Shown here: piece after piece, positions 45,204 to 64,000 of the stretch
Numbering within the stretch: the stretch's first letter is position 1
Layout: each line of letters starts with the position of its first letter
Source of the DNA: Neocallimastix sp. 'constans'
Lineage: Eukaryota
DNA: 64,000 nt
Direction of reading: 5' to 3'
NCBI GenBank assembly: GCA_050613775.1
Contig: JBODTK010000013.1
Location: 992,001-1,056,000, forward strand
Translations under genes and position numbers: made by a program
The notes under the pieces: model-generated
What the model saw: only the letters and a program-made list of their open reading frames with translations
The model's database searches: none
Told to the model about the DNA's origin: nothing

Positions 45204-46116
45204 TTATATTATTATGTTAATTTTTTTAGTTTGTTAATCTATACATATTTTTAGTATTTTACTCATTGAATTGAAATAATAAAAAAAAACATTTTGCAGT
45301 AAGTAACTAAATATTATCAATCACCTTTATTAAAAAAAAAAAAAATTCATTTTTAATAAATAATGACAATACTAATAATTATTATTAGTTTAAAATGTGG
45401 AATCATGGAAAAATGTGAAGGAAAATAATAATAATGGAATATTATTGGAAAAAAAAATTTGGAATAGTAGTGGAATTGTTAGAGAAATATATATATATAT
45501 TAGTAAGAGAGTATGTAATGTGGAGAATATGGAAAGAATGTAGAAAAAAATATTGGAAATAAAATAAAACTGGTAGAGTGAGGAAAAAAGAAATACTAAA
45601 ATTATATATAAATATATTAACTAAAATATAAAAAATGAGATAGGAGACCATAAGGAAAAAAAAATAATAATTAACGATAATAATAATAATAATTATAATC
45701 ATAATAATAAAATATTTCATTTTTTTTTTTTTTTTTTTTATTTTCATTCATTCATTCTTTCTTTCGTTCTTTTTTTTTTTTTTATTTTTAAATAAATATA
45801 TAAATCAATATTATTTTTTTTATAATACTTCTCTTTCGCTTTTTTTTTTTTTTTTTTTATTTCGTTCATGAAAATATCCTTTTTTTTTTTTTTTTTTTTT
45901 TTTTTCAATTTTATAACAAAAACTTATATTGATAGTTTCCAGTATATTTCCAGTAATAATTAAATAGTTTATCATAAATGATTGACCAAAAAATTAAAAT
46001 TTTTTTAATGAAAAAAAAAAAAAAAAAAAAAAATATATGATAATAAAATTTTTAAAGTTTATGTGCAACCATTATTATTTATATATGTATATATATATAT
46101 TTTTTAATTAAATAAA

Positions 46117-46147
<31 letters not shown>

Positions 46148-46186
46148 CATTTTAATATAAAATTATTATTATATACTAAATAAATA

Positions 46187-46229
<43 letters not shown>

Positions 46230-46269
46230 GAAAAACTATATATTACTATATTATTATTATTAATTATAT

Positions 46270-46445
46270 AAATGGATGATAGTTCATGAGATCACTAAAA
46301 AGAACTCCATCGTATAAAAAATCAACATATAAGGAATGTCTTTCATATTAGCCATGCTCAAAGATCCAGTAAGAGTCCGTTACATTTAAAGAAGAGGGAC
46401 TGGAAGCCCTATTATCCTCCCCCCTCGTTAATCTTAAACTAAAGA
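46270..46445 (+). mobile_element. Decayed Ty3/Gypsy-like fragment: integrase C-terminus, polypurine tract and LTR start
   Basis: The GC island translates with frameshifts to WMIVHEITKKNS...HIRNVFHIS/MLKDPV*, resembling the GPY/F-region consensus HxVFHVSxLK. It is followed by the purine run AAAGAAGAGGGA (46388-46399) and C-TG. Confidence 0.45.
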
Positions 46446-47069
46446 AAAAAAATTTTTTTATATCTATTTTATAGTTTTATATCTATTCGATTTTATGATC
46501 TTATATTTATTATTCATATTATTCATTTATTTAGGTTAATAAATAAATAAATAAATAGTAATAAATATAAAAGAAAAATAATTATATATATATTTTTTTT
46601 CTACAATGACTTGGATACAATTACTAATGAATAAATAATTATAATATTTATTATTAAAAAAAAAAAGTTAATTTTTTTTAATAAGTATTATAAAGTATAT
46701 TTGGAGAAAAAAATATAATTAATGATAATAAATGAATCAATACTTATATATATCATTATAGGAATTACTTTATAAATTGGTACGGTTAATATGAAATATA
46801 ATTTCATGAACTGATTTATCCTTATAATAATAATAATAAAATAAAAGAACGAAAAAAAAACAAAAAAAAGAAAAAGAATTCTTTTTTTTTTTTTATTTAT
46901 ATTATAGAGTTCATTTTAAATTTTTTTTTTGTTGGTATATTTAATTTATTGTATTTTAGATATAGAAACGATAATATTACAATTACCAACTCAACTCTCT
47001 TGTTGTTAATAATTAATTCAACCTAATTATAAATTGATGGCATAAAATATATATATTAATTTTTGTATA

Positions 47070-47170
<101 letters not shown>

Positions 47171-47319
47171 AATTGACCTGAAATTATGTATATAAGAATT
47201 ATCAATGCACGTGACATACACGAATCAAATGTGTTATAAATAATATTTATATATTTTATTCCTAAAAAAAACAAAAATAAATAAAATATATTTATATATA
47301 TATTATAATATATATTATT

Positions 47320-47750
47320 AAAACTTTTTAAAAAGTCCAATAAATTATAACGTTTTTTATTTAAAATTATTATTATTATTATTACTATTATTATTTTAAT
47401 AATAATAATGATAATAATACTAATAATACTAATAATACTAATAATAATTTTAAATAAAAAATGTTTGATATAATTAATTATTACTATCAAAAATTATTTT
47501 ATTTAAAATATTATTAAAAAATTTTTTAAAAAAGTCCAATAAATTATAATTATAACAAACATTTTTTATTTAAAATTATTATAATTATTATTATTACTAT
47601 TATTATTTTAATAATAATACTAATAATACTAATAATACTAATAATACTAATAATTTTAAATAAAAAATGTTTGATATAATTAATTATTACTATCAAAAAT
47701 TATTTTATTTAAAATATTATAAAAATTTTTAAAAAAGTTCAATAAATTAA
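47320..47750. repeat. ~200-bp imperfect tandem duplication
   Basis: AAAAAGTCCAATAAATTA occurs at ~47331, ~47529 and (variant) ~47732; AATGTTTGATATAATTAATTATTACTATCAAAA occurs twice. Confidence 0.85.
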
Positions 47751-48845
47751 AAAAAAAAAATAATTTAATATTTTTTTTTTTTTAAATTATTTAAAGATTA
47801 TCCTTAACAATTTTTTTTAGTTGATGCATTTGACATCTTTTTTTTTTTTTTTTTTTTTTTTTATTTTTTATATTTTATAATATAATAATTATAAAAAATT
47901 AATTATTCACTATAGAAAAATTAACTATTAGCTTTAAACATAAAAAAAAAGAATAAAATTTAATTATTAATTAATTATTAATCATTAAATATAAAAGAAT
48001 ATTAATTTATAACAACTGCATCAAAAAAAATATGAAGTTGAACTTTTATCTTTTTAATAATTAAAATTAAAATTAAAATAAAAATTAAATTAAATTAAAA
48101 AAAAATTCAGATTTTTTATTAATAACAATTTATTTGTTAATTCATATTGGAAAAATTATATTTAATAATAATTAATAATAATTAAAGTTTAATAATACTT
48201 TGAATAATAATAATAAATAATAATAAATAATAAATAATAATAAATAATAATAATAATAAATAATAATAATAAATAATAATAATAATAATAATAATAAATA
48301 ATAAATAATAAATAATAAATAATAATAATAATAATAAATAATAATAATAAAAATGTAAAACAAATAAAGTAATTTATAAAAAATTAAATAAAAATAAAAA
48401 ATTAAAAAATTAAAAAAATAAAAAATAAAAAATAAAAAAAAAAAATAAAAAAAGCTTAACGTTACTCATAAGTTTAAAGAATTTTAACTTTATAAATAAA
48501 TAAATAAATAAATAATTATTTATTAAGATATAAATATATAATTGAATTTTTTTATAATTATTAACAAATAATTATTATTTGATTATTAATTTATCTATTA
48601 TTAGTTTTATTTTTTAGTTAATTTTTTTTTTCTTTTTATTAGTTTTTTTTTATTTTTATTTTTTAATTATTATTATTATTATTATTATTATTATTTTTTA
48701 ATTTATAATTATTCATTTTTTTTTAATTATCATTTTACTGTATAAAAAAATTAAAAAAAAAAAAAAATAATTAAAAAAAGAAAAAAAAAAATTTTTTTTA
48801 AATAAATTTTTTCTTGCATGTGTTTTTTCTTCTTTAATTAATTTT

Positions 48846-48876
<31 letters not shown>

Positions 48877-49646
48877 CATTTTTATATCAATTTCATTAAT
48901 TTAATTAATACTATATATATATATCTTTAATAAAATATTGTTACCTTTTTCCTTTAAGCAATCTTTCTCCCTCCTTTTATTATTATTATTATTTTTTGTT
49001 ATAATATAATAATATATTTATTAGTATATATTTTATATATTAAAGTTTAAAAAAAAAAAAAATAAAAAAAAAAAAAAATAAAATAAAATAAAAATTTACT
49101 TATCATTTTTAATTTTCATAATTATATATATACAACAATATAATATATAAAAAAAAATTATCATAAAATATCAAAAGTAAACCATTATCAATAAAAAAGA
49201 AAAATTATCATTATCAAATAATAGTTGTTAAAAAAAAATTAAAAAAAAAATAAAAATAAAAAGATATAAACCTTATTAATACAATATTTAAATAATATAT
49301 TTTTTATTATACCACAAAAGGAAAAAAGGAAAGAAAAAATTATATTATGAAGTATTAAACCAAACACTTTATAACTCTTAAATTCAAATTCAATTTTTTT
49401 TTTTTTTAAAAAAAAAGATAAATTAAAAAAATAAAAATAAAAATAAAAATAAAAATAAAATTAAAATAAAAATAAGATAAAATAAAATTAAAAAATAAAA
49501 TTTAAATTTATAAATTTCAAATTTAAAGTTAATCATATGTAATATATATTTAGAAAAAGAAAAATAAGAAATTGTAAATCAACTTTTTTTTTTTTTTTTT
49601 TATTTTTTTTTTAATTTTTTAAAGAAAGCGAAAAAAGTATATTAAT

Positions 49647-56594
<6,948 letters not shown>

Positions 56595-56682
56595 TTTAAA
56601 AATCACCATTATTGTTATCATTATCATCATCTTAAATCTAATAAATTATAAATCATTACATAATAAATAATAATAATAATAA

Positions 56683-56713
<31 letters not shown>

Positions 56714-57863
56714 TTATCCTATTGATAATAATAATAATATATAAATTAATATATTTATATAATTATTATTATAAAATTAAATTGATTAGCCATACAAAAA
56801 ACAAAAAACAAAAAACAAAAAAAAAAAAAAAATCAACAATTGAATTATATCATTCTTTTTTGTATAAATTTATAATTGAAAAAATAATTATTATAAAAAT
56901 TTATAATAATAATAATACTTTATAATAATTATATAATAATTTATAAAAATAATTGTAATAACAATAATTTATAAATATTTAAAAAAAAAGATTATTTAAT
57001 CACATATTTTACATTGAAAATTAATAGTAAATTAATTCAAAAAAAAAAAAAAAAACATATCTAAAATCATTTTATTTTATTTTTAATTGCATATATAGTT
57101 CAAATGTAAATATTTATTAAGTAATAATTAATACTGAAAATATTATTATTATTTGTAATTTTTATTTTATTTTAATCTTATTTTTTATTTTTTATTTTTA
57201 TTTTATTTTTTTTTTTTTTTTATTTTTTATTTTTATTTTATTTTATTTTTTTTTTTATTTTTGTTTAATATATATATATATATTTTTTTAAAAAAAAAAA
57301 AAAAAAATTAAAAACAAAACAATACATTAAAAAAAAAATTAAAAAAAAATAAACAATAAAAAAAAAAATAAAAAATTATAAAATGTAAAAATTAAAATTA
57401 AAAATTAAAAATTATAATATAAAAATATAAGATAAAATAACTCCAAAAATAAAAAAATAAAAAAAAGGATTAAACATATATATAACTTTCAAAAAAAAAA
57501 AAAAAAAAAAAAAATTTTTTTTTAATAAAGACGTACACTCAAAAAAAAAAAAAAAGTAAAAATAAAAAATTAAAAAATTAAAAAATTTAAATATATATAT
57601 AAACTATTGTTATCTTTATTTTTAATTCAATAATTTTGGTTTGGAATAATTGTGAATATATTTATATATATATATTTTTTCTTCTCTCATTAAATAATTT
57701 TGTTTTTAAATAATTATAAATATATTTATATATATATATTTTTTTTCTTATCTCATTATTATAACAAGTTTTAATATTTTAATAGAATAAATAAATAAAT
57801 AAATAATAAATAAATAAATAAATAAATAATAAATAAATAAATAAATAAATAATTAATTAATTA

Positions 57864-57948
<85 letters not shown>

Positions 57949-58206
57949 ATTATTTTATTTTTCTTCATTCTTTTGTTAATTAAATAAAAAAGAAAACAAA
58001 AAAAAAAAAAATTTTTTTTTTTTCTCAACTTATTAAATAACCTATTAATAATTAAAAAGAAATTTAAAAATTCAAATAAATTTATTTCAATATTATTTAA
58101 TCATTTATTATTTTTATTATTTTTACTTTTTATTAGATATACTCTGTTTTTTTTTTTGACTTTTTTTATTTTATTGAGATGTTATTTATTTTTTTATTAA
58201 TTTTTT

Positions 58207-58240
<34 letters not shown>

Positions 58241-58467
58241 GATTCATATATAATTTATTTATATAAATATATATATATTAACATTATTATGAAGAGTATT
58301 TATGTAATTAATTGATGATATTTCAATTATTTCATAATTCTTTTTAATAATTTTTTTTTTATTTCTTATAAGAAAAAAAAAATTTTTTTTAATATTAGTA
58401 ATTATCCTAAGTTTTTTTTTTTTTTTTTTTTTTTTATTTTTTTCATTATAATTCTTTTATTTACTTA

Positions 58468-58498
<31 letters not shown>

Positions 58499-58649
58499 TT
58501 TTTTTTACGTCTATTTTTATTATATTATTATTGTTTTTTAATTTCTCAAATTAATTACATTAATTCTCGAATTAATTTATACATATATATATATATATAT
58601 TTTTTTATTTATTTTTCTTGAAGATTGGTAATGTATTTATAATTCAATT

Positions 58650-59759
58650 TTAATTTCTTTTGCGTCTTCTTATTAAATTCTTTATGCATGAAATTATAAA
58701 AGATAGGACTAACAAAACAACTAAACCAATTAAAATATATGTGTAAATAGCTTTATTTGGAACATAAAAGTCTTTTATGTAATTGGTATCTCTTTCAATT
58801 GGACAATCATATGCTTCATCAGAAATATTTGGGAATTCAAAACCTTTGGAAGATTCAACTAATAAATAATCTAAAAGTTGATGATCTGCAGATTGGCTAT
58901 AAGGCATTCTTATATTATCAGAAGTGATTTGGGAATTTTTACCAACTAAAAAGTAGTCATATTTTTTATTTTTATCATTACCTGATTTAAATTCCATATT
59001 TCCAATTTTTGGATCATCATAAGTAACATCCATGGCATACCACTGGCCGTCATCCATTTGAACAAAGTTCCATTCATGGGTTTGACTATTAACAATAATT
59101 GATGGTATATCAACAAGTTGACAAATATATGTAAAAGCCTCAGCGTAACCTTCACAGACACTTCTATGATCAACAAGAGCTCCATAAATATTATATTTAT
59201 TATAATCATCACCATTTTCATAGACAATACTTTTAATCAAATAATCATGTATATATTTTAATTTTTCACAAGTTGTTGGTGTTTTATTAACAGCTTCAAC
59301 AACTGGTACAACAGAACTATTAATTTCATTATACATTCTAATGATATCTTCTTCTGAGTAACTATATTTAAAACTGATTTTCATTTCCTTAATAACATGA
59401 CCTAAAGTTGTTATTTTTTGTTCATTACCGTGACCAATCCAAAAATACTTTGGATTATCCATAACGAACGCACTAGTTGATCTAAATCCTACAACGGTTG
59501 CATCGGACTCATGGTCAATTGAAATTCCATAAATTTCAAAATCATATAAGCCACTACCATTACTTAAAGCACTCTCTATTTGTTTTTCCAAACTGTCATA
59601 TATTTCTTTCTCATTGCTATGTAATTGATTATAGTAATACCTCGAAGAATTATCTCTTTTGAATAATGTTGTATTATATTTATAATCTACAACATTAGCA
59701 TATGTCAAATAAAGTATAAAGCAGGCAATTAAAATAAATTTACTTAATTTATGATTCAT
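58650..59759 (-). CDS. Secreted/type I membrane transglutaminase-like (papain-fold) domain protein
   Basis: Intronless, 369 aa. Signal peptide; KLKYIHDYL, YGALV...VCEGYAEAF, HEWNFVQMDDGQWYAMDVTYDD (Cys-His-Asp triad); C-terminal TM followed by RRRKRN. Confidence 0.9.
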   Translation of the reverse strand: MNHKLSKFILIACFILYLTYANVVDYKYNTTLFKRDNSSRYYYNQLHSNEKEIYDSLEKQIESALSNGSGLYDFEIYGISIDHESDATVVGFRSTSAFVMDNPKYFWIGHGNEQKITTLGHVIKEMKISFKYSYSEEDIIRMYNEINSSVVPVVEAVNKTPTTCEKLKYIHDYLIKSIVYENGDDYNKYNIYGALVDHRSVCEGYAEAFTYICQLVDIPSIIVNSQTHEWNFVQMDDGQWYAMDVTYDDPKIGNMEFKSGNDKNKKYDYFLVGKNSQITSDNIRMPYSQSADHQLLDYLLVESSKGFEFPNISDEAYDCPIERDTNYIKDFYVPNKAIYTYILIGLVVLLVLSFIISCIKNLIRRRKRN

Positions 59760-61006
59760 TGTTTAAAATTATATTTGTTCAAATTTATAAATAATTTTGA
59801 TTTTATATTTTTTTTTGCTTATTTTATTTTTTTTTATTATTATTTTATTATAATTATTATTTAATATTATTCTTTTCTGTTGATTTTTTTTTTTTTTTTT
59901 TTTTTTAACTACTTTTTATAATTTATATTATATTTACTACTTTGTTGACTTTCAATATAAATGATAAAAACATATATCTGTATAATACTTAATATAAATT
60001 GGATAATAAAAAAAAAAAAATAAAATTATAAAACCACAGGATATGCAAATTGATATATAATGAACTAAAGAAAAAGAGTCTCTATATATATAAACTTTTT
60101 AATTAAATTATTAATATTTTTTATTGTTATTATTTAATAATTTTATTTTTGAATATAAAAAATATTATTATTATTTAGATTATTATTTTTATTATTGTCT
60201 TATTATCTTATATATGGAATATAAGAGTTGAAATTAATAAAATATTTGAATTGAATTATTTCAATGAAAAAGTAAAAAAAAAAAAATATATATATATATA
60301 ATAAATATTCTATTAAATATTTCCTTTTTTTTTTTTTAATTTTTTTTTATTATTATTTATTTTTTAAAATTTAATTGGTATTAACACTATTATACTTAGT
60401 ATATTTATGTATTATAAAATATTTATAATATTTTAGATATTTATGATGTTTTTTAATATTGATTTGATTCTTTCGATAATTTAATATATTTATTATTATA
60501 TATTGATATTGTTTTTATAATATTTTTTTTTTGCTTTTGCTTTTGTTCTTGTTTTGTTTTGCTTTTTTTCATTTATATATTTATGTTTTTTTTATTTACA
60601 ATAATATATTTGTATAATCATGAATTAGATTTATTATATAAAAATATTTATGATTTTATATAAATTTTACATAATAAAATACTGATATTTAGATTTATAT
60701 ATGTAAATTCTTTTTTCTTATTATTATTTCAAATAATTAACATTATTTAAAATTTTAATATGAAAAAAGAATTTAATCAACATTTATAATACTGAATATC
60801 AGCTTTTTTTTTATAATTTTTTTTTTTTTTTTTTAAAAAAAAATATAAAAGAAGAAAAAGAAAAGGGAAAAAGGAGAAAAAAAATATACAAAGTAGGAAG
60901 TATTACAATTAAATAATAATAATAATAATAATAATAAAAGGAATAATATATTCCTAAAATATAACTTTAAATGTATATATTAATTAAAAATATTATATAT
61001 AAACAA

Positions 61007-61037
<31 letters not shown>

Positions 61038-62319
61038 GACAGCTTTAGAAAGAATATTTTATTTCATTTTATTCATTTAATTAACTATTAATTATTTATT
61101 TATTGATTAATTATTTGTTTATTTAATAAATTTTATATAATTTTATAAAATTAACTTTATGATAAAGTAAAACATCTTTTTTTTAATTCAAGCTATTCAA
61201 TATACTATATAAATAGTTATATAAGATATATATTAATTTATTATTAATAATACTATTGAAATTATAAGTAATGATTTAAAACTAAATTTTTTTTTTTTTT
61301 TTAATATCACCTTATATGAACAAAAATAAAAAATAAAAAATATATATATAAATAGAAAAATAATTAAATAATTGAACAATAATTATAAATTTAAAATAAT
61401 AATTAATAAAAAGTAATAAATTATTAGTAATTGTTAAACATAATATTATTGGTAATATTATTAATATATATTTATTATTTATTATAGTTTCTTGTGTTTT
61501 TCTTTTTAAATAAAAGTGTTGTGTTTATATTTTCATTTTTAATTTATATATAGCCCAATAACAATTAATGACTACAAAACTGAAAAACCTTATTTATTAA
61601 TTAAACTTATAAAATAATCCATATATGAATGAACCAGCAATTTCATAATTTACAAAGCATAAATCACCACTTCTTGTACTAGTTATACTATTTAATTGAA
61701 CCTAAAACGGGTACTAATTAAATTTAATATCAGGATAAAATTTATTTGATATTTTATTATTTGAAAATTTATATATATGAAATAAATAAATTATTATTAA
61801 ATTTTCATTTATTGTTGTTTCTCTGGCTTATAATATAATCAAAAAAACTCTGATATATATATATAATTATAAATTTAATAAATATAAGAATTGCTTCATA
61901 TTAAGAATTTTCTAAAGTTCTTTTTTAAACATTTTTTTAACATTTTTTTATTGACTAGTAATATATTATAATTATATTATATTATATAATTAAATATATA
62001 TTGAACTTTTAAATTACTATATATAAATAATAAGTTCCAATAAATTTGATTATAGATAATAGTTTATATTAAAGTAAAAAAGAATTTTAAAATATTTTAA
62101 TATTTTTGCAAATCTTAAAATATTATAAAAATTATTATGTAACACATGATTATGATGATATAATTATAATTTATATCATTTAGTATAATATACTTATTTC
62201 TAATATATAATTATAATTATATAGTATAAATAGTTTTTTTTTTTTTTTTTTTAAATTAAAAAGAAATCCACAGGAAAAATTTAAATACAAAATAATAATA
62301 ATAAATAATAAATAATAAT

Positions 62320-62720
62320 AATAACTATTATTATTATTTATTATTATTATTTATTATTATTTATTATTTATTATTTATTATTTATTATTATTATTTATTA
62401 TTATTATTTATTATTATTTATTTATTATTATTTATTATTTATTATTTATTATTATTATTTATTATTTATTTATTATTATTTATTATTTATTTATTATTTA
62501 TTATTATTATTTATTTATTATTATTTATTATTATTTATTTATTATTATTATTTATTTATTATTATTTATTATTTATTATTTTATTATAATTTATTATTAT
62601 TTATTATTATTTATTATTATGTATTATTTATTTATTATTATTTATTATTTATTATTTATTATTTATTATTTATTATTATTATTATTAATTAGTTATTTAT
62701 AATTGATTATTTAATTATTT
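62320..62720. repeat. Degenerate (TTA/TTTA)n low-complexity tract
   Basis: ~400 nt of mixed ATT/ATTT units. Confidence 0.9.
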
Positions 62721-62751
62721 ATCAGTTTTTAATTAAAAAGAACAAACAAAC

Positions 62752-62782
<31 letters not shown>

Positions 62783-63567
62783 ATTATTTTTTCATTTTGA
62801 AATATGTTTATCAAAAGTTTTTCAAATTAAACTAAGCTAAAAAGTATTAAAAACAATTAATTATTTCTTTCTATCAATAATCTTTTTTCGATAAAGTAAA
62901 AATATTACATTTATTATTACAGAATATTTTTTATTAATAATGATATTATTTTTTTTTTTTTTTTTTTTTTTTTGCTAAAATTTACATTTTAAAAATTTTC
63001 TTTTCTTCTTTTTCTCTTATTATATATATATATATATATAAATGAAATACTACAAAAAAAAAAAAAATATTTTTAAAGTAAAAATTTTATATTTATTATT
63101 ATAGTATATATATATATATATTTTTTTAATTATGATTATGATAGTTAAAAGTATAAATTTTACATTTATTAATATAGTATATTTTTTTAATTATGATTAT
63201 ATAGTTATAAGTAAAAATTTTATATTTATTATTATAGTGTATATATATTTATATTCTTTTTTTTCTTTTGATAGTTTTTTTTTTTTTTTTTTTTTTGAAA
63301 AAATTAACTTTTTAAAATTTATTTCTCTTTTCCTCTTTCTCTCTTATTACAAAACAAAAAGAATAAAAAGAAAACTACATATATAGAAAAAAAAAAAGAT
63401 TTTTGTAATATTATATTAGAATTAAAATATGAAATATGAAATACGAAATACGATAAAAAAAAAGGAAGATAAAATTCTATAAAATTTTTTTTAAACTAAA
63501 TTATATTGTATATTTTTGTTGTTGTTGCTACGAGAAGTATCAAATTTTCATTTTTAAAATTGAAAAC

Positions 63568-63999
63568 TTAATGGAATATATTTGAAGCATGGAAAGATAA
63601 ACCAAGTAGTTTAAATTTAACCAATTTAATTTTTAAACCATCCATATTAACACCACAATCCACATCAAGTGGTTCAATTTGATATTCCACAGTAGCATTA
63701 ATACCACTAAAACTCTCTTTAAATATCCCTTCTCTATCCTTTAAAATAACAAAAGGTAAATCTTCCATACGGCCATCATAATACTTTTCCGTGCATCCAT
63801 CAAGAGAACTGTAATTTGGAAATTCAATATAAATCTTTGGTGTTCGACTAACATCATATAAAAGCCACTCTTTATCATTCTTATATCTATCAGACCATGG
63901 TATATAACCTAATGATCTTGGAATCCATAAACCAATGGCATTTTCAGATGGTTCAATGAAATTGAAATAAGCGCTGTCATAATCAGGAACCTCCTTTAA
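63568..63999 (-). CDS. 3' end of a gene extending beyond the window; hypothetical protein
   Basis: Frame is open from the window edge (LKEVPDYDSAYFNFIEPSENAIGLWIPRSLGYIPWSDRY...) through the listed ORF to the stop at 63568; coding-like GC. Confidence 0.8.
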   Translation of the reverse strand, partial: LKEVPDYDSAYFNFIEPSENAIGLWIPRSLGYIPWSDRYKNDKEWLLYDVSRTPKIYIEFPNYSSLDGCTEKYYDGRMEDLPFVILKDREGIFKESFSGINATVEYQIEPLDVDCGVNMDGLKIKLVKFKLLGLSFHASNIFH

Positions 64000-64000
64000 A

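Overview
Extremely AT-rich, microsatellite-laden eukaryotic DNA with GT-AG introns; the composition and gene style suggest an anaerobic gut fungus (Neocallimastigomycota; inference). Spliced genes reconstructed by hand: a 5-exon ATG15-like lipase (3358-6252), a 5-exon RS-RRM (Tra2/SR-like) splicing regulator (12191-14640) and a 7-exon F-box/LRR protein with poly-Asn tracts (49647-56594). Intronless genes: an orphan with C-terminal tandem repeats (23433-24890), a disordered protein with a PP1-docking-like motif and an SPxR array (42109-43683), and a secreted, membrane-anchored transglutaminase-like protein (58650-59759, minus). There is also a frameshifted Cys-rich membrane protein (17368-18173, minus) and a partial gene at the right edge. 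The 16.8-26.9 kb region is an accessory island: two independently inserted, 5'-truncated LINE copies (each with poly(A) and TSD) each lie ~300 bp downstream of a copy of the same ~450-bp repeat. Best leads are a G-rich, stop-introducing candidate poison exon in intron 1 of the SR gene, the repeat/LINE/orphan island, and a foldable GC-enriched element at 31.7-31.9 kb inside a 15-kb gene desert. Most short ORFs in the track are microsatellite artefacts.
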